Shown here: positions 24,798 through 36,751 of the stretch, one piece after another
Layout of the letters: every line of letters begins with the position of its first letter
Numbering within the stretch: position 1 is the first letter of the stretch
Origin: Felis catus
Taxonomy: Eukaryota
Assembly: GCF_018350175.1 (NCBI RefSeq)
Contig: NC_058368.1
Span: 144,586,001 to 144,650,000 of the forward strand
Length of the DNA stretch: 64,000 nt
Direction of reading: 5' to 3'
The notes under the pieces: generated by a model
What the model was told of the DNA's origin: nothing
The model's input: the letters and a program-made list of their open reading frames with translations, nothing else
The model's database searches: none
Position numbers and translations under genes: made by a program

Positions 24798-25513
24798 AGA
24801 GCTCTTCTAAGCTTAGTGAAATTCGGTAGCTGGAGAGAATCTCTTAGACCAAATACAAATAATGTTTTGTGCTTACTGTGGCTTCTCTCCATCTTGTATA
24901 CAGGGAGTCCTATTTATGAACTGTAATGTGCAGATGACTTGATGCCTTCTTTAAATCCTTGTAATGAACATATTGCTGTGAACCTTATTGGCACCAGTGA
25001 ATTTCTTGACCGTGTGTTAGTCTGATATGGACTATCATCTTCTACTTGAATTCTTTCATTTTGTCAGTCATCCGTTTTGTCTGAATCTATAGAATAATCC
25101 TGCGTAGTGGTTTAGTTCTCATTTGAATGAGAGGCCAGATTCTGGCAGGCAGACATAGACTGAGACAGGCTTTTTAGAACTCTTACAGGCTCACTGTCTT
25201 CTAAAGATAGATCAAGAGTGCCTAATGGACCCAGGACTGTCTTCAGGGTCGAGAAAGAAACTCCTCTGTGAAGTCTCCTTACCTCTGCTGAGATTTTTGT
25301 TCTTTTTCCTTTGTCTTTCTTTTTTCTTCTGCTTTAAAATTTTTTAGTAGAGGCAGTGGTGGGAAATCAACTGTGAGAAACATGGGTATTTATGTAGAAA
25401 GTATACAGGTCTATTAGAAAATGGGCTTCAGCTCAGCAAAACTGAAGAGCCTCTAGGGATAGTACCTTTGAGTGTGAAATGTGCTGTTTTAATGGAATGT
25501 CAAGACTTGCTCA

Positions 25514-25743
25514 GGGGCGCCTGGGTGGCGCAGTCGGTTAAGCGTCCGACTTCAGCCAGGTCACGATCTCGCGGTCCGTGAGTTCGAGCCCCGCGTCGGG
25601 CTCTGGGCTGATGGCTCAGAGCCTGGAGCCTGCTTCCGATTCTGTGTCTCCCTCTCTCTCTGCCCCTCCCCCATTCATGCTCTGTCTCTCTCTGTCCCAA
25701 AAATAAATAAACGTTGAAAAAAAAAATTAAAAAAAAAAAAAAA
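25514..25743 (+). mobile_element. Very young SINEC_Fc
   Basis: CpGs largely intact and a long A tail. TSD aagacttgctca at 25502-25513 and 25744-25755. Confidence 0.98.
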
Positions 25744-25865
25744 AAGACTTGCTCAGACACTGTCCCCCTCTCTGACATCTGCCAGGAAAGATATCTCCTG
25801 GTTTCTGGTTGCAAATATTGAGCATCATAGGCAGATTCCTGGACATTTATCACTGGGCAGTTGCT

Positions 25866-25916
25866 ATCTGTTATCTCTTAAAGTTTGGTTGTGGGAACCA
25901 AGTTAGCTGTTTCTTT

Positions 25917-25959
<43 letters not shown>

Positions 25960-26600
25960 AATTTATTCATTCTGAGAGAGAGGGAGGGAGAGCATGTGAG
26001 TTGGGGAGAGGCAGAGAAAGAGGGAGAGAGAGAATCCCAAGCAGGCTCCATGCTGCTAGTGCAGAGCCCCATATAGGGCTCAATTCCACAAACCACTAGA
26101 TCATGATCTGAGTAAAAATCAAGAGTCAAACACTTAACCGACTGAGCCACCCAGGTGCCCCAAGGTAGCTGTTTTCTTTGGGAAGAGATTTATTACAGGG
26201 AACTGGGTACACAGGCAGGGCTGGAGGAGTAGGCTCCAGGCTGACCTTCCAGGAATCACTTCTGGAATGCCATGTAGAACTGACCACCGAGGGGACTGCT
26301 GCCTCTGCTGTCCTGGGACGGTGGACAAGCAGGAGATCGTGCAGAAAGCACTGAACTGAGAAGACATGGATTTGGCTCCATCGGTGACTAGGAAACTGCT
26401 GCTGCGTCTGCGGGCTGAGGCAGTGCAGTGCCGCTGCGGGAGAGTCCTGGCCTCCATGGCCATGCTGCCAGCAGAAATAGCTGCAGCAGCAGCAGAAAGC
26501 ACCCTCCATCTCACTGCCACCTTCCTTCCAGGCCCTGAGCAGATGCTTTAATTTGCATCGAGGACCTGAGTTGCTAGAAATCCTGGAATTTTTTAGTTTT
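25866..26600 (-). mobile_element. Ancient MaLR/ERVL LTR (MLT1L-N-like), split by a SINE
   Basis: ggttgtgggaaccaagttagctg[SINE]...gggaagagatttattacagggaactgggtacacagg...ggctggaggagtaggctcc. Boundaries are approximate. Confidence 0.5.
25913..26161 (-). mobile_element. CanSINE with (TTTC)n tail
   Basis: Reverse SINE with TSD aag(t/g)tagctgttt and a tetranucleotide repeat at about 25911-25958. Confidence 0.93.
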
Positions 26601-27169
26601 GAGCCTTCAAGCCTCAGAGTACAGGAAGGAACACCCCTCCATCTTATCCCTTTACATGTAATCAGTTATGCTTAAAAGAACATGTGCATTTTTAACCATC
26701 TTAATTCAAATAAACATATGAATATATTGGAAGAATATGCAAAAATAAGATAGTCAAATAGGCACATAAAGTGCTTTCAGAAATTTAAATGCACCTCTAT
26801 TGACTCCCAAACTCCCTAATTTAAAATATCTTCAAGCAAGGCAATTTCTGTGCAATATGTCTAGCTACAAGAAAAAAAAAAACATGCAATTAGAGGGCTC
26901 TTGTGGGTTCCCTGTTTATGTGCATATGAGTATACAACAAGTCCTGTGCTTAGAATAAGTGACTCTTTTTTTTCTGACCTGGGGAGAGTAGAGATGTGTT
27001 GTGTGTCCCAGCATGTGATGCTGTGTAATCAGAGAGCTAGGCTGGCTGGCTGCACCAGGAGGTTTTTCTCATTCAAGAACTTTTGTAAGATGGGGAAATT
27101 AGAACCTATAACTGCTATAGTCACTTTTTAGTTGATATGAATGGTACTTGATGACATTGTGCAGTGCAA

Positions 27170-27290
27170 AAACTCTGCTACCTCAGGAGGTTATTGTGGA
27201 GGGGTAAATAAGTTAATATGTGTAAGGTGTTTAGGGTGCTTGGCATATAATAAATACTGCGTAAGCGATTGCTATTATTATTATATCATT
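27170..27290 (+). mobile_element. MIR 3' part
   Basis: ctacctcaggaggttattgtggaggggtaaataagttaatatgtgtaaggtgtttagggtgcttggcatataataaatact. Confidence 0.7.
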
Positions 27291-27318
27291 ATTATTTTCT
27301 AAAAAATGGAGATAACCC

Positions 27319-27408
27319 GGGGCACCTGGGTAGCTCAGTCAGTTAAGCATCCACCATCGGCTCAGGTCATGATCTCGTGGTCCATGAGTTTGAGCTGCGC
27401 GTCAGGTC
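27319..27408 (+). mobile_element. CanSINE head only (3'-truncated)
   Basis: The tRNA-derived 5' half is present; there is no CT region, tail or second TSD. Confidence 0.85.
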
Positions 27409-30349
27409 TTCCAGTAGAACCCCAATTCCAAGATGTTAGTTTACTTTTAGAAAATTGTTTTTCTAACCAAAATGACTTTCTACCACACGTATTCAGTATT
27501 CACTGTGTGAATTAAGGTCCCTGGCCTTTAAATTGGGGCAAGTTTGATGAAAACAATAGGTCGACCTTGATGAAGCCTAGGAATCCATATGAAGCTTAGG
27601 AATTCATTAATTCACATTTACATCAACAAAATACTTTTATCTGATCTGGCAGAAAACATTTTTGTACATGTATTTGGTAGACTATTGAATCATTTCTAGA
27701 CTGTTGAATCATTTCTTGGGAGTTAAATAGAAAATACTTTCAGATTTTGTGGTTTTAAGAAAGGACTTTCTCTAGCCTGATGAATAGTGACAGTAACACA
27801 GACTTAGGGAATGGAATTCTTGGGGAAGCTTCTGGTACCTTTTTGCAGTTGCATACCCATTAGTAAGTGTTGTCCTGATGAGCAAAGCGTGGATTCTGGA
27901 GAGCAGAATGATGAAATTCCTGTATGAGAGTTAAAGTTCTTTGTGATTGAGATGAGGTGTCTGGGTGGGGCAAAGAGGAACTTTGAAGGTCTCAAACACG
28001 TTTGAAGAATTGTTAGTAATCTATCTGAAAGTTTTCAGCAGTGAGCAGCCATATTCCATTGAAATGATATAAACAGACTTTGCTTGAAACACTCTGCAGA
28101 GACATGGAAGTCAGGCGGGGCCGATCCTCAGCTAGGGTGGAGGGTGGGCTGAGGATGGGGCCCAGGATGACCCTGCCCTTGTATGCAGGGTGTTTTCTTG
28201 GGGCTGAAGTTTCCACAGCTGTGTACAAGCCTCTCTTCTCAGTCTTCAGCTGCTAAACTGAAAGTACTTTAACGATACCTCAAGTCTTGTGGTTACAGAC
28301 CCTGGGGAGGGCGGGATGGGAGGAGAAGTGTGGTAAATTCCAAGGCAGGGAGGTTCAGGAACCTCCTGACTCAGGAAATACCAAGGTCTTCCAATAAACG
28401 GAACCAGCCTGTGTTGGTATATTTATCCACAAATGATAAAGTGAATAAAAAGTCTTGGATTTTATAAAATAAGGGCAATTGAACAGATCGACTGAGTACC
28501 CACTGTGCATAAGACCCATTGCATGACAAGAGATGTGAACCCAGCCCAGTGTCCCAGGCCTCCAGTGTGGGACCCCAGAGTGAGGCCCAATTTCTTCTGA
28601 TACTTGAATTACAATAAAGTAAGAATCGCTTCCCCCACTTTGCATCTAATATGGATCATCACTGGAAAGTCCATCTTTCAAAGAGTTCCTTGGAAATATG
28701 TCCAAGAATTCTTGGTGCTGCTTTTTCCTGTCCCTGCTTGCCTGCTGGTGCTCCTCTAGGCCAGCTGTCCTATCCTAACCACGTCAGAGCCTCACCTGTT
28801 GGTCCCAGGTGTCTCTGCTGCTGATGCAGAAGCTTCGGCCAATCTACAGAGATGCTCCTATGAAGCCCGCTCTCTTCACCGGCACCCCTGGGGCTTGTGT
28901 CTGTTAACTAGCCTGGATCGCATGGCTTCCGTCTTCCCTAAGCCCTGGCACTGATTCTGGGGCACCAGTTCCAGCTCAGACTCCTCTTTGCTTCTAGTGA
29001 CTTGACTCTTAGGAGCCCCTTTCATCCTTTCCTACAGTCTGATCTGGTTCTGTCTGTGCTACATGGGGCTACACGGTGCACCTCGGCCATTGTACCTCCA
29101 AAAAAAAAGAGATGGGGTTGTGGTCTCTTTCCACAAAGGAGGCTTTATGGAAATGCACGGTGCAATCAGATGTATGGAATTGGTGTTACCCAGCTTTCCC
29201 AAGAAGCACTGAGGACTAGAACACCAGAGGATTACTGGGGCAAGGGCTACACTTTATTCCTTCTGCTGAAAGCCCTTGCCTGCTTAAAAATACTCTAGAG
29301 ATACCTAAGGTAAGCAAGAAAGACACAGCCTCCTTTGTCACATATGAGGGAGTGGCAGCGTTGAGGAAAGGCCTCCGTAAGCAGAGGGGAGGCATCCTTG
29401 GAGATTGAGGTGCTAGGAGGAAAGATGGGGGAATGGTGGGGGGGGGCAGGTAATTCATGATGCCTGGGAAGCAAGGCTGTCCAGTGCATGGTGGGACACC
29501 TGAGCTTTGTCCAAAGGAGACACAGAGGAAGGGACCCTGGAGGCATCTAAATAAGCAAGCACCTTGTGTTACCAAAGAGGAAAATGAGAACCTGAGAGAC
29601 AAAGAAATCTTCCAAGGCTTCTCAGTGAGATAAGCCCATTAAACAGTTGTTTCTGCCATCACATCATGCTGCCCTCTCCATGGGTGAAGGAGGAGAATAA
29701 GGATGGAATTGCGGAGAGATTTTAAAAGAAAGGAGAGTTGTCTCCTGATCTCCCTCATGAGGTGGCTGCAGTCTTCAAGTCACAGGTGATGTGGCGATGT
29801 CTGTGGAGAGTGAAGGACAGGGGTGACCCTGGCAGTATGCACTTAGAGTACTGCCATTTGTGCTGCTAGCAGCATTGAGGCTTTTGCCCTCGGTGGGGAA
29901 GGTGATGGATCCAAAGCTGTTGCATAAGGGACCTGTGGCCATCATTGATCAGTCAGCATTGTTAAACTAATCACTAGAGTAGAATTATACTGTAGGCTGC
30001 TCAGAATCTGTCTGAAATCCTTGGAGGGTCTTTAAACTGCACACTTCAGTACACAGTTGGACGGCAGTCATATTCTCCTCACTGCACTTTCTGTAAGATT
30101 CAAAGCAGGCACAGAATTTAAAACAAAAGACCACAAGAGCAGCTGCGGACACGAATGTCTGCATTCTGACCCTCCACCTCTCTGCGGCTGCCTCCAGGGC
30201 ACATGAGGAAAAACAGAAGCCTTGCCTGGCAAGTTCTGATGGAATGATCCCAGACAGGGAGTATGGAGCAGCTAAGACTGTAACTGAACGTGATGGAATC
30301 AGACGAATTTGGTATTCAGCCATTTTCTGCAGACTCCCAGAGTTGTGCT

Positions 30350-32105
30350 GCCTTGACTCACTTTCCAACTTCAGATCTCAAATGAGCTTTCCACACTGCC
30401 AGCAAATCCTCGTGTCACTATTTTCCTACACTCTGGGATGACCATTTCATGCCTTCTCTCTTTAGATCTCCACACTCCTCTCCATTCTTGGTTGATGGTC
30501 CTATCTCTTATTTCACAGTGAAAAAGAAATACCTCAAAGATAACCTCTTTCCTCCACTAATTTCATAAGCCCACCACACGTGGACTCTTGATCTACTCTC
30601 TCCCTGTGGCACTGGAAGAATCATCTCTGCACTGCCTTTAGGTCATCCCCTCCACTTTACCCCCACCTCACCCCTTGTCTCCTCCTCAAGAACTCTTGTC
30701 ATGCAGTTACCCTATTCTCCCTGAGCACCAGATTCTCCCTCTATTCTTCATAGCCATCAGCATGCCAACCAGTCTTCAATTCACCCATTTTATCTACTGC
30801 TCCATTTTGCTGCCTGTTGGCAAAGCAAAATGTCTTAAAAGAGTTATCCACACTTAACGTCTCCAGTTCATCACCTCCTTTTTTTCCTCTTTTCGGATTT
30901 TTACTTTGCCAATCCTGAAATGACTTGTATCTAGATCACCAAGGACCTACATCTTGCCAAAGCCAAAGCCCTCATCGTAGTCAACCTCTTGCCAGCATTT
31001 GACGGAGATGATCACTTCCTCTTTGTTGAAACGCTTCTCTTCTTTGCCTCCCAGAGTCCACATGTACCTGATTTTCCTTTGACTTTACTCTTCTCCCCCT
31101 TTTGGTCTCCTTCTCTGGCTCCTCTTCTGCCAAATCTCTACTGGTTGTGGGGCCACAGGGCTCTTTCTGACCTTTTCCCCTGACTAAAAACTGTCCACGT
31201 AAGTAAGCTCGTCCAGTGGCAGGATTTTAAGTCCAATTTAAATGTTTAATACTGTCTGATTTACATTTCCAGTCTGAACATTTCTACTTGAGTTTCAGGC
31301 TGTTAATGTATAATAGCCCCATTGATTCTGCCACTTAGATATCTTTAAGAGACATCTTTCAATTTAAAACCAAAGTCTTGATTTTCTTCCTCAAACCTAT
31401 CCCTTTCCCATTTCAGGAAATGGCGTCATTGTCTACCCAGCTGCGGAGGCCCCAAACAGCGGTACTATTCTTGATTCCTCATTTTCCCTGAGACTTTGTA
31501 TTAATTTCAATCCACACTTCACAAGGCAGCCAGAGTAACTTGTCCAACATGTAAATCAGATTATTATTCCTGTCAGACACCCCCTGGTGGCTTCCCAGTA
31601 CCAGAGAACAAAATCCAGCTCTTTAACTTGGCTTAAGACGTGCCTGGTAATCTTGTCTGCTCTCCACCTTCATCACCCTCCCCCTGGCCCTCATGTTCAC
31701 CAGGCTGCAACCACATGGGATGCTTTCTGTCCCTCTAGGCATGCTGAGCTTCTAGGTCTTTCCATTTGCTGTTCCACTTGAAACACCGTTCGCCCAGGAC
31801 TTCATGCAACCTTTTCGCTGTTCCTTTTCGCTGTTCAAATCCTAACTCATGAGTCCCCTCCATAGAAAGGGCTTCCCAGCCCTCCTAGCAGATATGCTGT
31901 CTCTCTCATAAGCCTCATTATGCTCCACATAGCTCTTCTTTTCAATACCTGATTTACCTTATTTATTTGGTGATAGATGTACTATGAGCCCTCCAATAGA
32001 TCATAGGTTCTGTGAGCAGCCATTTGATTCTCTGTGTCCACTGCTATACCCCAGCTCCTAAAAAGAGACTGCCACAAGATGCTCAATAAATATTTTGGGT
32101 CTGAC
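30350..32105 (+). mobile_element. L2 (L2a-like) long fragment to the 3' end
   Basis: agatcaccaaggacctacatcttgccaaagccaa...gcatttgacggagatgatcacttcctctttgttgaaac...gcagccagagtaacttgtccaacatgtaaatcagat...gatgctcaataaatatt. Confidence 0.8.
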
Positions 32106-32934
32106 TAAAATGGACTACCTTTTGCATTTTGTGGCTTCTACCCTCCCTCACAAGGTGTGTTTCATTTTCGAATAGTAAAATCCACCATTTTTATGCATTA
32201 AAATTTTATACATTTATGCATATAAATTCCTATATGTTAATAGTCACCAACAATCAAGAGGGAGAAGATGGCTTGTTTACACACCTCCTCCCCAACTATC
32301 TCTAAAAATTTCTACTTCGGATTCTTCAGAATATCTCAACTAACTTTGTGGATACCCCTCCCTGTCCCCTACATACATACATGGGTACATGCTCATTCAC
32401 AACTTTGTACACACTTTATACACACCCTCCCCAGATAAGCCAGCATTCGTTCCTCACTCCCATGGAAAAGCACTTCTTGAGTGTGTATAGAATTCTGTAG
32501 AAAGAAATATAGAAGGGTTTTTACAATTATTATTTTAGTTTGTGGGGAAATTGACTTGATGTAAAGGGTATAAGTATTGTTCCACATTAGTGTCCTGTGT
32601 CATATCTTAATCCAAAATAGGTAACAAATGCCTATTGGGGAGTTGAAACTAATGTACGGAAATATCATCTTCCCCTCCTTTTTCAGATAGTTAGTTACAA
32701 AGTTCCGCAGAAAAGAAAATGATAAGCAAATTTAAAGTTTGTTTCTTTCTCTCTCTCTCTCTCCCTCTCTCTCTCTTTTGGTATTTTGCATGTTAACCAT
32801 TTCTAGTGCATTCACTGTATTTTCTTTTTTTATTTTAATTCCAGCACACACAGTATTATATTAGTGTGAGGTACACAATATAGTGATTCAACAATTCTAT
32901 ACCTTCCTCAGTGCTCATCATGATAAGTTTACTT

Positions 32935-33144
32935 TTGTTTTAATTTTTTTAACATTTATTCATCTTTGAGAGACAGAACACAAGTGAGGGAGGGGCAGAG
33001 AGAGAGGGAGACACAGAATCTGAAGCAGGCTCCAGGCCTGAGCTGCCAGTACAGAGCCTGACATGGGGCTTGAACCTACGAACTGTGAGATCATGACCTG
33101 AGCTGAAGTCGGATGCTCAACAGACTGAGCCACCCAGGCACCCC
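32935..33144 (-). mobile_element. CanSINE nested in L1
   Basis: TSD atgataagt(t/g)tact. Confidence 0.93.
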
Positions 33145-34103
33145 TATGATAAGTGTACTCTTCATCCCCTTCGCCCATTTTACCCATTTCCTCCTCACCT
33201 TCTCTCTGGTAACCATCAGTTTGTTCTTTAAGAGTCTGTTTTTTGGTTTATCTCTTTTTTTTCTTTTTTCATTTATTTTGTTTCTTAAATTCCACATATC
33301 AGTGAGATCGTATGGTATCTGTCTTTCTCTAACTTATTTCACTTAGCATTGTACTCTTGAGATCCATCCATGTTGCTGCAAATGGCAAGATTTCATCCTT
33401 TTGATGGCAGAATAATACTCTGTTGTATATATATACTGCATGTTCTTTATCCATTCATCCATTGGTGGACACTGGGCTTCTTGTCTTTTAGTTTTGTTGA
33501 TTGATTCCTTTGCTGTGCAGAAGATTTTTATTTTGATGTAGTCCAAATCATCTATTTGTGCTTTTGTTTCCCTTGCCTCAGGAGATATATCTAGAAAAAT
33601 GTTGCTATAGCAAATTAATTATAGAAAAGTTACTGCCTATGTTCTAAGATTTTTATGGTTTCAGGTCTCACATTTAGGTCTTTCATCCATTTTGAGTTTA
33701 TTTTTTGCATGATGTAAGAATACTTACAGCATATGGCTGTCCAGTTTTCCCAACACCATTTGTTGAAGAGACTTTTTTTCTCCTTGCATATTCTTGCCTC
33801 TGTTGTTGAAGATTAATTGACCACATAATTGCGGATTTATTTCTTGTACTTCTGTTCCATTGATCTATGTTTTTGTCCCGGTGCCATACTGTTTTTATTA
33901 CTACAGCTTTATGGTATATCTTGAAAGTTAAGATTGTGATACCACCAGTTTTGTTCTTTTTCAAAATTCTTTGGCTATTTCGGGTCTTTAGTGGTTTCAT
34001 ACAAATTTTAGGATTATCTGTTCCAGTTTTGTGAAAAATGCTGTTGGTATTTTGATGGGGACTACATTAAATCTGTAAATGCTTTGGGTGGTATGGACAT
34101 TTT

Positions 34104-34303
34104 TTTTTAAAGTTTACTTAAGTTTATTTGAGAGAGAGAGAGACAGAGAGAGGGTCAGAGAGAGAGGGAGACAGAGAGTCCCTAGCAGACTCTGTGCCAT
34201 CCAGACAGAGCCTGACAGGGAGCTCGATCTCATGAAGCGTGAGATCATGACCTGAGCTGAATCAAGAGTCGGACACTTAACTGACTGAGCCACTCAGGTG
34301 CCT
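34104..34303 (-). mobile_element. CanSINE nested in L1
   Basis: TSD gtggtatggacatttt at 34088-34103 and 34304-34319. Confidence 0.93.
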
Positions 34304-35076
34304 GTGGTATGGACATTTTAACATTTGTTCTTTCAATCCGTGAGCATAGAGTAACTTTCCATTTGTTCATCTTCACTTTCTTTCATTGATGTTTTAGTTT
34401 TCAAAGTGCAGATCTTTTCACTTCTTAGTTGAGTTTATTCCTAGGTATTTTATTATTTTTGGTGCAATTATAAATGGGATTATTTTCTTAATTTCTCTTC
34501 TTGCTACTTCATTATTAGTGTATAAAAATGCAATAAATGTCTGTATACTGATTTTGTATACTGTGAACTTACTGAATTCATTTGGCAGTTCTAGTAGTTT
34601 TGTGGTGGAGTCTTTAAGGTTTTCTATATACAGTATTCTGTAATTCAAATAGTAAAAGTTTTACTTCTTCTTTACCAATTTGGATGTCTTTTATTTCTTT
34701 TTATTATCTGAGTGCTGTGGCCAGGACTTCCAGTACTATGATGAGTACAAGTGGTGAAAGTGGATATCCTTGTCTTGTTCCTGATCTTAGAGGAAAAGCT
34801 CTCAGTTTTTCACCATTGATATGATGTTAGTTGTGGGCTTTTCCTATATGGACTTTATTATGTTGAGGTATGTTCTTTCTAAACCTACTTTGTTGAGGGT
34901 TTTTTTCATGAATGGATGTTGTACTTTGTCAAATGCTTCTTCTGCATCTATTGAAATGATCACTTGACTTTTATCCTTCTCTTGTTGATGTCATGTATCA
35001 CACTGATTTGCAAATGTTGAATCACCCTTGCATCCCAGGAATAAATCCCACTTGATTGTGGTGAATAGTTTTTTTT

Positions 35077-35296
35077 CTTCTTTTTTTTTTTTTCAACGTT
35101 TATTTATTTTTGGGACAGAGAGAGACAGAGCATGAACGGGGGAGGGGCAGAGAGAGAGGGAGACACAGAATCGGAAACAGGCTCCAGGCTCTGAGCCATC
35201 AGCCCAGAGCCTGACGCGGGGCTCGAACTCACGGACCGCGAGATTGTGACCTGGCTGAAGTTGGACGCCCAACCGACTGCGCCACCCAAGCGCCCC
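35077..35296 (-). mobile_element. Young SINEC_Fc nested in L1
   Basis: CpG-rich, with TSD tgaatagtttttttt at 35062 and 35297. Confidence 0.96.
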
Positions 35297-36124
35297 TGAA
35301 TAGTTTTTTTTTTTTAATGTATTGTTGGAATTCGTTAGCTAATATTTTGTTGAAGATTTTTGCATCTATGTTAATCAGAGATATTGTCCTGTGGTTCTCA
35401 GTGCCTTTATCTGGTTTTGGTATCAGGGTAATGCTGGCCTCATAGAGTAAGATTTGAAGCTTTTCTTCCTCTTCTATTTTTTTGGAATAGTTTGAGAAGA
35501 ATAGGTTTTAACTCTTCTTTAAATGTTTGGTAGAATTCCTACAAAGCCATCTGGTCCTGGACTTTTGTTTGTTGCAAGTTTTTTGATTACTGATGTAATT
35601 TCATTGCTGGTAATCAGTCCATTCAAGTTTTCTATTTCTTCCTGATTCAATTTTGGAAAGTTATATGCTTCTAGGAATGTCTAGGTTGTCCAATTTGTTG
35701 CCATATAATTTTTCATAATTTCTTATAATCGTTTGTATTTCTGTGGTATTGGTTGTTATCTCTCCTCTTTAATTTCTGATTTGTTTGAGATGTCTCTCTC
35801 TTTTTTTTTCTTTGATGAGCCTGTCTGTCAGTTTTGTTTACTTTGTTGATCTTTTCAAAGAACCAGCTCCTGGTTTCATTGTATTGTTTTTTTTTTTATT
35901 CTATTTCATTTATTTATGCTCCAATTTTTATTTTTTCCTTCCTCCTGCTAGTTTTGGTGGTTTTTTTTTCCTTTTTCTATCTCCTTTAAGTGTAAGGTTA
36001 GATTTGTTTACTTGAGATGTTTCTTGCTTCTTGAGTTAGGCCTGTATTGCTATAAACTTCCCTCTTAGAACAGCTTTTGTGTTCTAAGATGTATGAGCCT
36101 GATGATTTTGTGTTTTGTTGTATG

Positions 36125-36751
36125 AGCCTGGGTGGCTCAGTCAGTTGAGTGTCTGACTCTTGATATTGGCTTAGGTCATGATCTCACAGTTGTGGGATCA
36201 AGCCCCTTGTCAGGCTCTGTGCTGAACGTGAAGCCTGCTTGGGATTCTCTCTCTGCCCCTCTTCTGCTCATGTGCGCTCCCTCTCACTCTCTTTCTCTCA
36301 AAATAAATAAATAAATTTAAAAAATAGAAAAGAACAACTTTTGCAGACCGCCTGGATGGCTCACTCACTTAAGCATCTGACTCTGATTTCACCTCAGGTC
36401 ATGATCTCATGGTTCATGAGATCAAGTCCACATCAGACTCTGCACTGACAGTGTAGAGCCTGCTTGCATTCTTTCTCTTCCTCTCTCCCCTCCCTCTCAG
36501 AATAAATAAATAAACTTTAAAAACTATGTTTAGGGTACCTGGGTGACTCAGTTAGCTAAGCATCTGACTTTGGCTTAGGTCATGATCTCACGGCTCGTGG
36601 GTTCGAGCCCCACCTTGGGCTCTGTGCTGACAGCTCAGAGCCTGGATTCTGATTCAGATTCTATGTCTCCCTCTCTCTATGCCCCTCTCCCACTCATGCT
36701 CTGCCTCTCTCTCAAAAATAAACATTAAAAAATATGTTAAAAAAAATAAAA
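36125..36751 (+). mobile_element. Three tandem CanSINEs nested in L1 (about 36125-36330, 36345-36520, 36533-36751)
   Basis: Three SINE heads and tails. The target motif agaaca(g/a)(c/a)ttttg occurs at 36067, 36331 and 36752. Confidence 0.92.

Noticed and set aside
26126..26551. GC-rich overlapping ORFs with Ala/Cys/Gln runs
   Set aside because: They lie in an ancient LTR-like element and a SINE, with no recognisable protein or exon structure.
29985..30368. 127-aa minus-strand ORF
   Set aside because: It has a non-ATG start, no recognisable domain and no retrocopy hallmarks, and its length is within chance.
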